A stretch of DNA of 57,071 nt from a virus. Lineage: Duplodnaviria > Caudoviricetes. Within the stretch, counting starts at the first letter, position 1. Each line of letters starts with the position of its first letter. The stretch lies in the IMG/VR virus record IMGVR_UViG_3300021959_007110, positions 1-57,071 of that record; one strand, 5' to 3'. The translations under genes were made by a program, and so were the position numbers. Under the pieces are notes generated by a model, which worked only from the letters and a program-made list of their open reading frames with translations, had not been told where the DNA came from and did not search any database. Shown here in pieces: positions 33,725 to 44,161 of the stretch.

Positions 33725-34698
33725 CTTTTATTCTCAAAAAATATCTCGATATAGACTTATTCCAAAAATACTTAATTCCTGCACAAGAAAGTAATCAATT
33801 TTCTAATTATGGAAACGCTGTAAAAATGCTGGAAGAGAGAGCACGTGAAATGCTTAAGATTGATGATTCTAAGGCAGTTATTGCGACCTCTAGCGGCTCG
33901 TCAGCTATCTCTGGTATTATTTACGCTATTGACAGAAAAGCAGGAGAGGGATCAAAAGTAGCTACACAATCTTTTACTTTTCCTTCTAACGTGCAGGGAG
34001 GAGCCATAGGGTCATTACCTGTAGATTTTGATGTTTCTTTGAATATTGATGTAACTAATCCTCACTTAATTGAATATTCTGACTTAGTTATTGTAACTAA
34101 TTGTTTTGGTCATTTACAAGATATTGATCTTATCTTACAAACACTAAGCGACAAAAATGTAGTATTTGATAATGCTGCAAGTCCTTATTCATTTTGGAAG
34201 GGTACTAACAGTTGTAATTTAGGGATCGCTTCTTACATTTCTTTACACCATACAAAACCAATTGGGTTTGGAGAAGGTGGCTTAATTATTATAGATAAAA
34301 AATACGAAAAATATGCAAGGGCAAGTATTAATTTTGGTCTTATGGATGACGAACCTATTAATGACAGGGGAGGGAACTTTAAAATGAGTGAGGTTTCAGC
34401 AGCTGCAATTCTTCAATGGTGGGATCAGTTTAATATAGATGATCTACAACAAAAATACTTAGATAATTATTACAATAAAAGATATGAATTTGGGCAGGTA
34501 GAAGGAGATCTTTATCCTCACAGAGCAGATGAAGATGACATATTTTTTCCAAATTGTTTTCCCTTTATTCATCAGGAACCAATGACGGCGGCAAATGATG
34601 AGTTTGAGAGAAAATACTATAAACCAGTATCCTCTCAACCAGTTACAGATGCTTTGTATGATAGAATAGTATGCTATGGAATAAGTCCTAATGATTAA
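33721..34698 (+). CDS. DegT/DnrJ PLP-dependent aminotransferase
   Basis: SSGSSA, VFDNAAS, SLHHTKPIGFGEGG and NFKMSE. Confidence 0.9.
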   Translation: MTFILKKYLDIDLFQKYLIPAQESNQFSNYGNAVKMLEERAREMLKIDDSKAVIATSSGSSAISGIIYAIDRKAGEGSKVATQSFTFPSNVQGGAIGSLPVDFDVSLNIDVTNPHLIEYSDLVIVTNCFGHLQDIDLILQTLSDKNVVFDNAASPYSFWKGTNSCNLGIASYISLHHTKPIGFGEGGLIIIDKKYEKYARASINFGLMDDEPINDRGGNFKMSEVSAAAILQWWDQFNIDDLQQKYLDNYYNKRYEFGQVEGDLYPHRADEDDIFFPNCFPFIHQEPMTAANDEFERKYYKPVSSQPVTDALYDRIVCYGISPND

Positions 34699-35662
34699 GA
34701 TTGCGGTAGTCACTGGTTGTGCAAGTTTTTTAGGTACTACTTTTACAGCAAAACTTCTAGAAGAAGGGTGGTACGTATACGGTATAGATAAGCTGACTTA
34801 TGTTGCAAATGATAATATTGTAGAAGAATTACAGAATAACTATTCAAAATTTAGATTAATTGTTGAAGATATATGTGAGATCAAGTGGTTACCGGAGTGT
34901 GATGTAATATTTAATTTTGCTGCGGAGTCTGATGTTGATAACGGGAATAAAAATTGTAAAAACTTTATACGCTCTAATATTGATGGAGTGAGAAATTTAT
35001 TAGAAATAGTCAATTCTAGGATTGTTACAAAAGCTAATAAACCTCTCTTCTTTCAAATTTCTACGGACGAAGTTTATGGTGATTTAATAAGTGGAGTATT
35101 TGATGAAAATTCTGCTCTTAATCCTTCAAATCCTTATGCGGCAACTAAAGCCGCCGCTGATTTACTGATTAAAACTTGGGCTAGAACACACGGATTAGAG
35201 TATATTATTGCTAGACCTTCTAATAACTTTGGGCCTAATCAATATCCTGAAAAGCTTATTCCTCTAGCGGTTAAACAATTATCAAGAGGCAATAAAATTA
35301 AACTACACAATCAAGGAAAACCTATTAGAACATGGACTCATTCAGAAGATACAGCCAATGCTTGTTTATTACTTTATGAAAACGCAGAGAGAAATAAGGT
35401 TTATAATATATCATCTGAGTATGAACAGTCCAACTTTGATACTGTTAAAAAAATTATTAATTCATACTTTTTAGGTACTATTAAAAGAGAAGTACCTGAT
35501 GTCGAAAAACACATAGATTTTTCACACAATAGGCCTGGACAAGATGTTAGGTACGCAATATCTTGTAACCCCTTAAGAAACTTACAATGGCGACCAGATA
35601 AAGTTTTTGATATTGAGATAATTAAACTAGTAGAAAATTATAAAAAAGGATTTATATGGTAA
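34691..35662 (+). CDS. rmlB: dTDP-glucose 4,6-dehydratase
   Basis: DKLTY, NFAAESDVD, ISTDEVYG, PSNPYAATKA, NQYPEKLIP and RPGQDVRY. Confidence 0.88.
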   Translation: MIKIAVVTGCASFLGTTFTAKLLEEGWYVYGIDKLTYVANDNIVEELQNNYSKFRLIVEDICEIKWLPECDVIFNFAAESDVDNGNKNCKNFIRSNIDGVRNLLEIVNSRIVTKANKPLFFQISTDEVYGDLISGVFDENSALNPSNPYAATKAAADLLIKTWARTHGLEYIIARPSNNFGPNQYPEKLIPLAVKQLSRGNKIKLHNQGKPIRTWTHSEDTANACLLLYENAERNKVYNISSEYEQSNFDTVKKIINSYFLGTIKREVPDVEKHIDFSHNRPGQDVRYAISCNPLRNLQWRPDKVFDIEIIKLVENYKKGFIW

Positions 35663-36663
35663 TGAGAGTATATATTACAGGAATAGGCGGTTTATTAGGA
35701 AGCTGTTTAGCAAAATATTTAATAGGACAAGGTCACCACGTAGGTGGGATTGATAATATGATAGGGGGCGTAGAAGGTAACGTACCTGATGGAGTAGATT
35801 TTACACACGGTAATATCACCGACACAAAGCTAATGAAAGAATTAACCGAAGGATATGAAGTAATATTTCATGCAGCAGCTTTACCTTACGAAGGCTTAAG
35901 TGTTTTTGCTCCTGCTATAGTTACGGAATCTATAGTTTACGGAACAGTGTCAGTTGCTTCTGCGGCTATACATAATAATGTTAGATTACTAATAAATTGT
36001 TCATCTATGGCAAGATATGGAGATCAAATACCTCCTTTTACAGAAGATATGCCGGTAAATCCAGTAGATCCTTATGGATTAGCTAAAATTCAGGCAGAAC
36101 AACATCTTGAAATGTTAAAAAATATACATGAGTTAAACTATGTCACAGTAGTTCCTCATAATGTAATTGGAGTAGGGCAACGATATTTTGATCCTTTTAG
36201 AAACGTAGTCGGAATCATGATTAATCGTTGTTTACAAGGTAAGCCTATAGTGATATATGGCGACGGGGAACAACAAAGATCGTTTTCAAATGTAACAGAT
36301 TGTATTATGGCAGTATATAAAATTATACAATCAGATAGAGATATTTGTGGGCAGGTGTATAATATCGGTCCTGATGATAATGAGATATCTATCAAACAAT
36401 TAGCATATAAGGTAGGTCATCACTGTGAAAGATATCCGTCACTAGAACATTTTCCTGATAGACCGCAAGAAGTAAAAAATGCGTATTGTTCTTCTAATAA
36501 AATCAGAAGAGAATTTAATTACAATGCCTCCATAAAAATGGATCAAACTATCAAGGAGATGGTAGACTGGATTAAACCCCAAGTAAAAGACTTTGAATAT
36601 CATTTAGACTTAGAGTTTATTACAGATAAAACTCCAAAAACTTGGACAGATAGGTTAATTTAA
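35656..36663 (+). CDS. NAD-dependent sugar epimerase/dehydratase
   Basis: ITGIGGLLG, SSMARYG, PYGLAK and IYGDGEQQRSF. Confidence 0.9.
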   Translation: MVMRVYITGIGGLLGSCLAKYLIGQGHHVGGIDNMIGGVEGNVPDGVDFTHGNITDTKLMKELTEGYEVIFHAAALPYEGLSVFAPAIVTESIVYGTVSVASAAIHNNVRLLINCSSMARYGDQIPPFTEDMPVNPVDPYGLAKIQAEQHLEMLKNIHELNYVTVVPHNVIGVGQRYFDPFRNVVGIMINRCLQGKPIVIYGDGEQQRSFSNVTDCIMAVYKIIQSDRDICGQVYNIGPDDNEISIKQLAYKVGHHCERYPSLEHFPDRPQEVKNAYCSSNKIRREFNYNASIKMDQTIKEMVDWIKPQVKDFEYHLDLEFITDKTPKTWTDRLI

Positions 36664-36821
36664 TGTTGAGTAGTGCTGATTGGGCGATATTAGTAATATT
36701 TAGAAAAGAATTAGAGGCGTTGAAGGCGCTCTATATCTACCCAAGAGCAGACATACAAACAGTTATAATATATATGGAAAAAAGAATAAAAGATATAGAA
36801 ATGAAACAAAATGACAGTTAA
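36663..36821 (+). CDS. small hypothetical protein (52 aa)
   Basis: Hand-translated MLSSADWAILVIFRKELEAL...; TAATG coupling. Confidence 0.5.
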   Translation: MLSSADWAILVIFRKELEALKALYIYPRADIQTVIIYMEKRIKDIEMKQNDS

Positions 36822-37551
36822 AATTATTACTCCATACGTATTTGAAAACGAAATTAAAAATCATAAAAATATATTCTGGGAACTAGACGTACACTATGAT
36901 CGTGATGTCGCTGGTATAGGATGTGATCTAATGTTTCAAAAAATGTGGAATCAATTTCCTAACGATGACATATTTATTTTACACGCTGACATGGCACCTC
37001 ACCATGACGGGTGGTTTGAGGAGGTGCTAGATTATGTCGATAAATATCCAGAAGCAGGAATGTTTGGTTGTTTGTTATTGTACCCAGCAAAAAACGAGGA
37101 TAGCGAATATTTCGTACAGTGCGCAGGAGGAAAGTTCACAGACAATCGACCAGATCACTTCGGAAGTGGGCTCGTACTTGAAAACAGGACAGCCTTTAAG
37201 GAGCAGCTTGAAACTGATACAGGACAGTACGATTCCACGCGCTCCGTCGCCTGGACAACATTTGGAGGTTGTTACCTCAGAAGGGAATTTCTCAATTCCG
37301 TGGGCGACTTTGACCCCTCCTTTGAATGGACATACAACAGAGATGTCGATTACTGCTTGTCTGGAAGAAAAAATGGTTTCAGCATCTATCAGATTCCTGT
37401 ACGACTCTTCCATCATGAATCCAGAGATACTAAAAGATTGAAGGACGATAATAAAGCAGCTATGGAAATGAGAAACCTGGAGCGTCTACAGACGAAATGG
37501 GCAAACTCAAAATTTTACAAAACGCTGGACAAGGAGATAAAAAGTGAGTAA
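36811..37551 (+). CDS. glycosyltransferase family 2
   Basis: ILHAD, GCYLRRE...VGDFD, DVDYCL and HHES. Confidence 0.88.
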   Translation: MTVKIITPYVFENEIKNHKNIFWELDVHYDRDVAGIGCDLMFQKMWNQFPNDDIFILHADMAPHHDGWFEEVLDYVDKYPEAGMFGCLLLYPAKNEDSEYFVQCAGGKFTDNRPDHFGSGLVLENRTAFKEQLETDTGQYDSTRSVAWTTFGGCYLRREFLNSVGDFDPSFEWTYNRDVDYCLSGRKNGFSIYQIPVRLFHHESRDTKRLKDDNKAAMEMRNLERLQTKWANSKFYKTLDKEIKSE

Positions 37552-37765
37552 AGTGTTTATAAGTAAAAAAGAATTAGAAGAAGCGGTATTACGAAAAAAA
37601 AATAAAATGACTCCTTTCTTATTCATTTTTGTATGGTTTTATGCAATATTATGTTTAGTAACCTTGCTACCTGTAGTGTTTATATGGTGCGCATTTACTT
37701 TAGCAGTTATTCTTGCATATTTACCGTTTTACTTCATTGATAAAATATTGTTTGAAAAGGAATAA
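37544..37765 (+). CDS. small membrane protein
   Basis: Long hydrophobic stretch; AAGGAG RBS. Confidence 0.6.
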   Translation: MSKVFISKKELEEAVLRKKNKMTPFLFIFVWFYAILCLVTLLPVVFIWCAFTLAVILAYLPFYFIDKILFEKE

Positions 37766-37767
37766 AT

Positions 37768-38514
37768 ATGAGTAAATTAAATCACGCATGGGTTAAGGCA
37801 GCCCTTGAGCAAGCTGATAATGAAAGATCTAAAATCTCTGAGCGGGAAAGAGAATTACACGGATTATCTTCTACACGCCTGAAATGTCTTATTAATAATC
37901 TCTGCGCAGCAGAAAAAACAAACTATTTAGAAATTGGGGTATACAAAGGATCTACCATTATATCTGCGGTTATGGGTAACGACGTCAAAGCGGTAGGTGT
38001 TGATAATTTTATGTACGACGAGAGAGAGCCTAGAAAGTGGGCCCCGGAAGGTGATATTTGGTACAATGTAAAATCTCAAATGGAAGCAAATATCAAACGA
38101 TATGATCTCCATCCAGAAACCAAAATTCCAGGAGCAATAACTCTCATTGAAAAATCTTTTGAGGAAGTAGAGTGGGCCAAACAACCTAAGTTTAATGTAT
38201 GTTTATTTGATGTCTCTCCTATAAATCAAAAAGTCTATGATGATTTTTTTGAAAAAGTTATAGTGTCCTTAGCACAAGAATGTGTCGTAGTATTTACTGG
38301 GCAATCAAATGCTCAACACGCGGAGGAGCTCAATAAAACTTTAATTCGCCACCAAGATAAATTAGATATTCAATATAGTGAATTAAGAATATCTGGAGGA
38401 TTAGCTGATGCTACTAGATACTATAGTGGAGCTAGGATTATTGGTATTAAGAAAAAGTCCGGTTCATTTATTAAGAAACCTTCAGCACCAAAGGCTAATA
38501 CAACTGTAAAATGA
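37768..38514 (+). CDS. class I SAM-dependent methyltransferase
   Basis: YLEIGVYKGST and GVDNF. Confidence 0.85.
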   Translation: MSKLNHAWVKAALEQADNERSKISERERELHGLSSTRLKCLINNLCAAEKTNYLEIGVYKGSTIISAVMGNDVKAVGVDNFMYDEREPRKWAPEGDIWYNVKSQMEANIKRYDLHPETKIPGAITLIEKSFEEVEWAKQPKFNVCLFDVSPINQKVYDDFFEKVIVSLAQECVVVFTGQSNAQHAEELNKTLIRHQDKLDIQYSELRISGGLADATRYYSGARIIGIKKKSGSFIKKPSAPKANTTVK

Positions 38515-38900
38515 TATATGCCGCATACGGTACTAATCTTTGTGTAAAAAGAATGAAAAGCATATGTCCAGATGCTTTATTCTTAGGGTCGAAGATCATT
38601 AATAACTGGAAACTTGTTTTTAATAAGCTTCCAAACCTTATACCAGAAGAAGGATGTAACTGTGGTATAGGTCTTTGGGAAATAAGCTTAGAGTGTGAAA
38701 AAAATTTAGATAAATGGGAAGAAGGATACTTCAAAGATTATATTACAGACGAAAAATTTTTAATATACAGAATGAAAAAACCAGGATTATCTCTCCCTGA
38801 TAAAAAAGTTTTAAATTACGTCAAAAAAGGTTTTGAAGATTTTAACCTACCTACAGAATTACTAACAGAAGCCTTAAAAGCTTCAATCAAAGAGGATTAA
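38511..38900 (+). CDS. gamma-glutamylcyclotransferase family protein
   Basis: YAAYGTNL...RM and LDKWEEG. Confidence 0.85.
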   Translation: MIYAAYGTNLCVKRMKSICPDALFLGSKIINNWKLVFNKLPNLIPEEGCNCGIGLWEISLECEKNLDKWEEGYFKDYITDEKFLIYRMKKPGLSLPDKKVLNYVKKGFEDFNLPTELLTEALKASIKED

Positions 38901-38906
38901 CTAAAT

Positions 38907-39761
38907 ATGAAAAAGAAGTCAGCAATTAGCCTGATTAGCTATGACGCAAATCGTTTCTTAGCAGATAGTATTAAAAGATACTATGCTTATGTAGACGAAA
39001 TTGTTCTCGGTATAGATAAAGACAGAATTACTTGGAGTGGTAACAGCTTTACTATCGATGAAAATGAACTTTGGTCTCAATTACAGAAAATTGATACTGA
39101 AGGCAAAATATCTATTATTGAAGAGGATTTTCATAAATCTAAAATAGCAATTGAGAACGATAACTATGAAAGAAATTTTTTAAAAGCTCAGTGTAGCCAT
39201 GACTGGATTTTCTCATTTGATGCAGATGAGATGTTAGTTAATCCTAAAGAATTTTTCTATGAGTACTGTCCTATAGTAGAAAACTACTATAATAAAGTTG
39301 ATATTTTAATGACCTGGGCTACTCCTTATAAGACGGTAGAAGACGAGGCTGGAGAATCTTTTTGCTTATTCATTGCAAACGAAGATGATACACCATTTTT
39401 TGGGGAAAACCAAGGAGTTGTGACCTCAAAAGATAGTACTTACACATATGCTAGATGGACAGATAAATCAGCAGGAGGAACAGCTAATAGAGTACGTTCG
39501 CCTCTTGTAGCGATTCATTGGAGTCTGTGCAGGCCTGATAATGAATTACACGAAAAAATTAACAATATAGGACATTCTGACATTGTAGAAAAAGATCCTT
39601 TTTATCAAATTTGGTCTCAGGTAAATATCAATAATTATCACGAACTTCATAATTTTAAAACATCTGGGCTAGGAGAGGCTCAATGGCCTAAGTTGAGAGC
39701 CATTCCTATTGATGAAGTAGAAAATTATATTAAACAACATATTACAGGAGCTTATCAATGA
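38907..39761 (+). CDS. glycosyltransferase family 2-like
   Basis: VDEIV and ERNF...WIFSFDADE. Confidence 0.8.
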   Translation: MKKKSAISLISYDANRFLADSIKRYYAYVDEIVLGIDKDRITWSGNSFTIDENELWSQLQKIDTEGKISIIEEDFHKSKIAIENDNYERNFLKAQCSHDWIFSFDADEMLVNPKEFFYEYCPIVENYYNKVDILMTWATPYKTVEDEAGESFCLFIANEDDTPFFGENQGVVTSKDSTYTYARWTDKSAGGTANRVRSPLVAIHWSLCRPDNELHEKINNIGHSDIVEKDPFYQIWSQVNINNYHELHNFKTSGLGEAQWPKLRAIPIDEVENYIKQHITGAYQ

Positions 39762-40921
39762 GAATAGAGATAGTAGGAAAGTTCTATGATAATCATTCAC
39801 TATCAATTATCAATAGAAAATTAGCCATTGGTCTAAATATGTCAGATAATATAGATGTTTACGTTACACCACTAGATTCATTTGATCCGGCGCACAAACT
39901 TTCAAAGAGTCATACAAAAATCATAAAGAATCTTGAAGCAAAAGAGCAATCAGAACCGCCAGAAATTCAAATCAGACACTGTTATCCGCCAGTATGGACT
40001 TGGCCCGTACATGAAATGACAAAAGTTATCTATATTCAACCTTGGGAATATGCAAAAGCTCCTTTTGAGTGGCAATACAAGTTTGAAACCTTTGCGGATG
40101 CGCTAATAGTACCTAGTAATTATGTCGCATCAGTATTTAAACAAGGTGGTTTAGATCCTGATAATATTTTTGTTGTGCCTAATGGCTTTGATGATACTAT
40201 CTTCAACAAAGAAGAGGCAGATGATCATCCGTTTATAAAAAAAGATAGGTTTAATTTTGTATATGTAGGAAATACTCAGTGGAGAAAGGGCTTAGATATT
40301 ATGCTCAACTCTTGGAGTAAAGTTTTCAAAAAATATGATAAAACTACTCTCATTGTTAAAGATAATCCTGCAATTTATGGAAAAAATAATGCCATCAGCG
40401 AAATCATTAAAATGCAATATAAAACAGGATGTGCTGAAATTATATATATCGACGATGCGTTATCCGACGAAGAAATGGCGCAGATCTTTAAATTAAGTAA
40501 AGCAGTCGTGCATCCATATAGGGCCGAAGGTTTTGGTATGCATATTCAAGAAGCTTTTGCTTGTGGTTGTATTCCTATCGTATCAGCGGATGGCCCAACC
40601 GAAGATTTTATTCCTTCTGATATAGGATTTAGAATTAATGTAGAGCAAAAACCTATTGATATTATGGCAGATAGTATATTTGCTGCTAAATCGGGCGACG
40701 CTATGACAATGATGAGCAGTCACTCGTTTGCTAATGAACCTTCTGGACAACACTTAGAAAAAATTCTACAATATGTATACCATCATCATGATAAAAAAGT
40801 TATGTTAGATGCCGTAAGTGATGCTAAGTTAGAAAATACGTGGGACAATGTTATTAACCACTACATAAAGGCGATTGAAAATGTCTATTCCAGAAACAAA
40901 GTTAACAGATTCAGAAATTGA
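39758..40921 (+). CDS. glycosyltransferase family 4 (GT-B)
   Basis: VVPNG, RKGLD and PYRAEGFGMHIQEAFACG (E-x7-E). Confidence 0.9.
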   Translation: MRIEIVGKFYDNHSLSIINRKLAIGLNMSDNIDVYVTPLDSFDPAHKLSKSHTKIIKNLEAKEQSEPPEIQIRHCYPPVWTWPVHEMTKVIYIQPWEYAKAPFEWQYKFETFADALIVPSNYVASVFKQGGLDPDNIFVVPNGFDDTIFNKEEADDHPFIKKDRFNFVYVGNTQWRKGLDIMLNSWSKVFKKYDKTTLIVKDNPAIYGKNNAISEIIKMQYKTGCAEIIYIDDALSDEEMAQIFKLSKAVVHPYRAEGFGMHIQEAFACGCIPIVSADGPTEDFIPSDIGFRINVEQKPIDIMADSIFAAKSGDAMTMMSSHSFANEPSGQHLEKILQYVYHHHDKKVMLDAVSDAKLENTWDNVINHYIKAIENVYSRNKVNRFRN

Positions 40922-41423
40922 TCAGTTTTTTGCTGATCTAGAAGCTCAAGCAGATAAGGATGAGATATCTCGTCTTGCACAACAAGTGTTAAATAAACAC
41001 AAAATGCAAGAGCCTACTCTTGAAGAAAAAGTATTATCTGATTTTCACGGTCACGCACCTATAATAGAGTCAGAATACGAAGGGCAGCTTCCTAAACTCA
41101 CTGCAAAAGCTAAAATTTATATACTCTCTAATCTAGAGCCTGGACAGATGTTTAGGTTTGGGGTGTCTGGTGGTGGTTGTAGTGGTTTTAACTACCTGTT
41201 CGATGTAGCAGAAGAACTTGAAGATGATGATATTAAGTTTTGTGATGATCCCCCCTCTGTTGTTGATCCTGAAAGTATAAAGTTTTTGTATGGAAGCACC
41301 ATAGATTTAGTTACAAGTGGTATGAATAAACAATTATCAGTAGAAAACCCAGGAGCTAAAGCCTCTTGTGGGTGTGGAACTAGTTTTGCTTATGATGAAG
41401 AGCTTCTGGATATGTATACATGA
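40875..41423 (+). CDS. Fe-S cluster A-type carrier (IscA/ErpA/HesB) with an N-terminal extension
   Basis: GGGCSGFNY and NP.AKASCGCGTSF. Confidence 0.92.
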   Translation: MKMSIPETKLTDSEIDQFFADLEAQADKDEISRLAQQVLNKHKMQEPTLEEKVLSDFHGHAPIIESEYEGQLPKLTAKAKIYILSNLEPGQMFRFGVSGGGCSGFNYLFDVAEELEDDDIKFCDDPPSVVDPESIKFLYGSTIDLVTSGMNKQLSVENPGAKASCGCGTSFAYDEELLDMYT

Positions 41424-42052
41424 CAGAATATAATTGGATCACTAAAGAAAGTAAACTTCCTTGGTTGGTTTTAGATATTGATATTCCTTATAAAAAAATG
41501 CACGCAGAGGCAATCGCTCTTAAAAAAGAGTTTGTAGCTCACAGAGATCAAGACTATGGAGGTGGTTACAGACACCAAGGGTGGAGAAGTCTTTGTATTC
41601 ACGGCATAGATGCTTATAAAACTAATCATTATGATCAATACGGTTTTAAAAGTAATGACGAAGTTCCTTACTGTTGGACACATATAGCAGAACGTTGTCC
41701 GGTTACTGTAGATTTTTTTAAAAATAAGTTCCCGTATAAAAGATACCATAGATTGCGCTTTATGTTATTAGAGCCGGGGGGATTCATAACCCCTCACGAA
41801 GATACTGACAAAAATGTGTTATCTCCTGTTAACATTGCTCTCAATACTCCAAAAGATTGCATGTTTAAAATGAAGGGACATGAAGGATTCGTGCCCTTAA
41901 CTGACGGTAAGGCAGTGCTATTAGACGTGGGAAACACTCACGCCGTATATAATAAAAGTAATGAAGATAGATACCACATCATAGTTCATGGTGTTAAAAC
42001 TAAAGAGTACGAGGATTTGGTAGAACGCAGCTATGCGAAAAATGGGAATTAA
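41420..42052 (+). CDS. Asp/Asn beta-hydroxylase-like 2OG-Fe(II) oxygenase
   Basis: RLRFMLLEPGGFITPHED and HAVYN.S.EDRYHIIVH. Confidence 0.85.
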   Translation: MTEYNWITKESKLPWLVLDIDIPYKKMHAEAIALKKEFVAHRDQDYGGGYRHQGWRSLCIHGIDAYKTNHYDQYGFKSNDEVPYCWTHIAERCPVTVDFFKNKFPYKRYHRLRFMLLEPGGFITPHEDTDKNVLSPVNIALNTPKDCMFKMKGHEGFVPLTDGKAVLLDVGNTHAVYNKSNEDRYHIIVHGVKTKEYEDLVERSYAKNGN

Positions 42053-43409
42053 TAAAAACTACGTTGTAGGCATATATGATGACTCTAAGTTTAGTTTTCA
42101 CATGTCACGAGGACAAAAGTTCAAAGAAATAACTGAATTTTTTACTAGATTTAAATACTTCGGACCTATAGTCGTAGGTAAATCAGTTAATGAAGTTTTA
42201 GATAAAGCTTGTGAGCACGGTGTTGATTACTGTATAGTCCAATCTGTGGGACATATAATAAAAGATGCTTTCTTTTTTAGGCACATAGAGAAGTGGATCG
42301 ATAGACAAAACTTCTTTGTGACAGGTCACATCATGGATAAAAATTCAAAAAATATTAATAACCCAGAAGGTAAAGAGGGCTATTACGGACTCCATAAACA
42401 GTGTATTTTAGTTAACTTAGACTACTATAAAAAATTTGATCGTCCTGTTTTTGGGGATAAAAATTCTACGAAAGATGAGACAGTAGCAAAAGCTAAAAGA
42501 CATGCTAAGGATATTCATGACGATTATACTCCTTTATCTCTAGCCCCTACTCACGAGTCTACTATTTGTACTCCTCTTGTAGATGGATGGAATTTTATAA
42601 ATACTAGTCTTGAAAATGGATTAATAGTGTATAATTTTCATCCTAAAATAAGAGATCATAAACAGTACCTTTATCCTACCTCTAGTGCAGAAGAACTTTC
42701 TCAACAACTCTCTTGGATTATTAATATTGTAGAATACGCACCTACTTGCGTCTTTTTTTGGAATACAGAGAATTATAAAGATCTTAAATATGTTAAGATG
42801 GAAAAACCAATCAAAAAACTGTACTCTGTTGCAGCTAGTTTCAAACCTAACATGATTCTTAATACTTATGGATTTGAAGATGATTCAGAAGTAGTATTTT
42901 TTGATTATAGTAAACAAGCTCTTGCATTCAAAAAACTTCTTTTAACTCACTGGGACGGAGAAGATTATCCTGGATTTTTGAACTGGGCAGAACAAAAGTA
43001 TAGTATTAACGAAACTAAAGGAGCAGAAACAGAAACTAATACTCGTCAAGGTCTATGGGAACGAGAAATTAGTTGGTGGGAAAATGAAAAAGCTATCAAA
43101 GAACATTGGGATAGGTACAAAAAACTAAAACATGAGTTTATTCACGTTGATATTTGTGAAAATCCTGAGTTTGTAACTTCTCAAATTACACCTGATGATA
43201 ATTCAGTGATATGGTGGAGTAATGCATTTCATACAGTTAATGCCCAATACCTAAGAGGTTTACAAGGGGTCACAGATTGTTATAATAAATGGTTGGAACA
43301 AATAGCTAGTAAAAATGATAGTCTTTACATATTTGGCAAAGATTATTTAGACAAACCAGTAGAGGGTGGCACATTAAAGGAGTACTTAAATGGATATAGA
43401 AAGACTTAA
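42033..43409 (+). CDS. large hypothetical protein
   Basis: 458-aa ORF with no motif recognised. Confidence 0.8.
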   Translation: MRKMGINKNYVVGIYDDSKFSFHMSRGQKFKEITEFFTRFKYFGPIVVGKSVNEVLDKACEHGVDYCIVQSVGHIIKDAFFFRHIEKWIDRQNFFVTGHIMDKNSKNINNPEGKEGYYGLHKQCILVNLDYYKKFDRPVFGDKNSTKDETVAKAKRHAKDIHDDYTPLSLAPTHESTICTPLVDGWNFINTSLENGLIVYNFHPKIRDHKQYLYPTSSAEELSQQLSWIINIVEYAPTCVFFWNTENYKDLKYVKMEKPIKKLYSVAASFKPNMILNTYGFEDDSEVVFFDYSKQALAFKKLLLTHWDGEDYPGFLNWAEQKYSINETKGAETETNTRQGLWEREISWWENEKAIKEHWDRYKKLKHEFIHVDICENPEFVTSQITPDDNSVIWWSNAFHTVNAQYLRGLQGVTDCYNKWLEQIASKNDSLYIFGKDYLDKPVEGGTLKEYLNGYRKT

Positions 43410-43590
43410 ATTATTCAAAAGTGAAGAAGATATCAAGTCGTTTGCTAAAGTAAACGGTTACGGAGATAAAGGTATCGAAAAGCTTATTAATGAGTGGAAA
43501 GCGGCTCTCGTAGCCCCCACAAAAGAAATAAAAAAAGGTAAGAAAAAGTTTGGATTCTTAAGTAGTAATGATTATTCGTCCAAAGACTAA
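43390..43590 (+). CDS. hypothetical protein
   Basis: ORF track; AAGGAG RBS. Confidence 0.65.
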   Translation: MDIERLKLFKSEEDIKSFAKVNGYGDKGIEKLINEWKAALVAPTKEIKKGKKKFGFLSSNDYSSKD

Positions 43591-44161
43591 ATTACAATTT
43601 GATAACAGTTGGTTAGATACATTAAAATTTGAAGAACATTCAGATTATGATCTAGCAGGTCATGTAAGCGCTATCGCTGTCAAAAGTGAATCTGGAAAGG
43701 TATTTGATTTTTATAGATCCGACCCCTTAGAAATACCTAAAGATTTTAAGTATACTGCTTTGTATAACAAGATTGATGCAGTCAAAAAACTAACAGACTT
43801 TTTTCAAATAGAAACCACTAGAGTTAGAATACATCGACAACTACCAGGTCAGACAATCCCTATGCACACGGATGATAATAACATCAAAGCTACTGACTCG
43901 GCTCATTACAGACTAAGAATGTTAACAGCACTTTCCGAAAGTGAAGATTTTATATACAGGTTTTCGATAGACAACGAAATAGAAGAATATTCTCTTAAAA
44001 AAGGAGAAAGTATTATATTTGATCCAGATAAAGTAGCTCACGGTATGGTTAATAAGTCAAAAACAGATATTAGATACTGTTTTGTTCAGATCTTTAAAGC
44101 GTACCCAATAGCAAACTGGACAAAAAATTTTATTAATGATGAAGCAACAATAGTGCTATGA
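43568..44161 (+). CDS. Asp/Asn beta-hydroxylase-like 2OG-Fe(II) oxygenase
   Basis: RVRIHRQLPGQTIPMHTD and HGMVN.S...RY. Confidence 0.85.
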   Translation: MIIRPKTKLQFDNSWLDTLKFEEHSDYDLAGHVSAIAVKSESGKVFDFYRSDPLEIPKDFKYTALYNKIDAVKKLTDFFQIETTRVRIHRQLPGQTIPMHTDDNNIKATDSAHYRLRMLTALSESEDFIYRFSIDNEIEEYSLKKGESIIFDPDKVAHGMVNKSKTDIRYCFVQIFKAYPIANWTKNFINDEATIVL

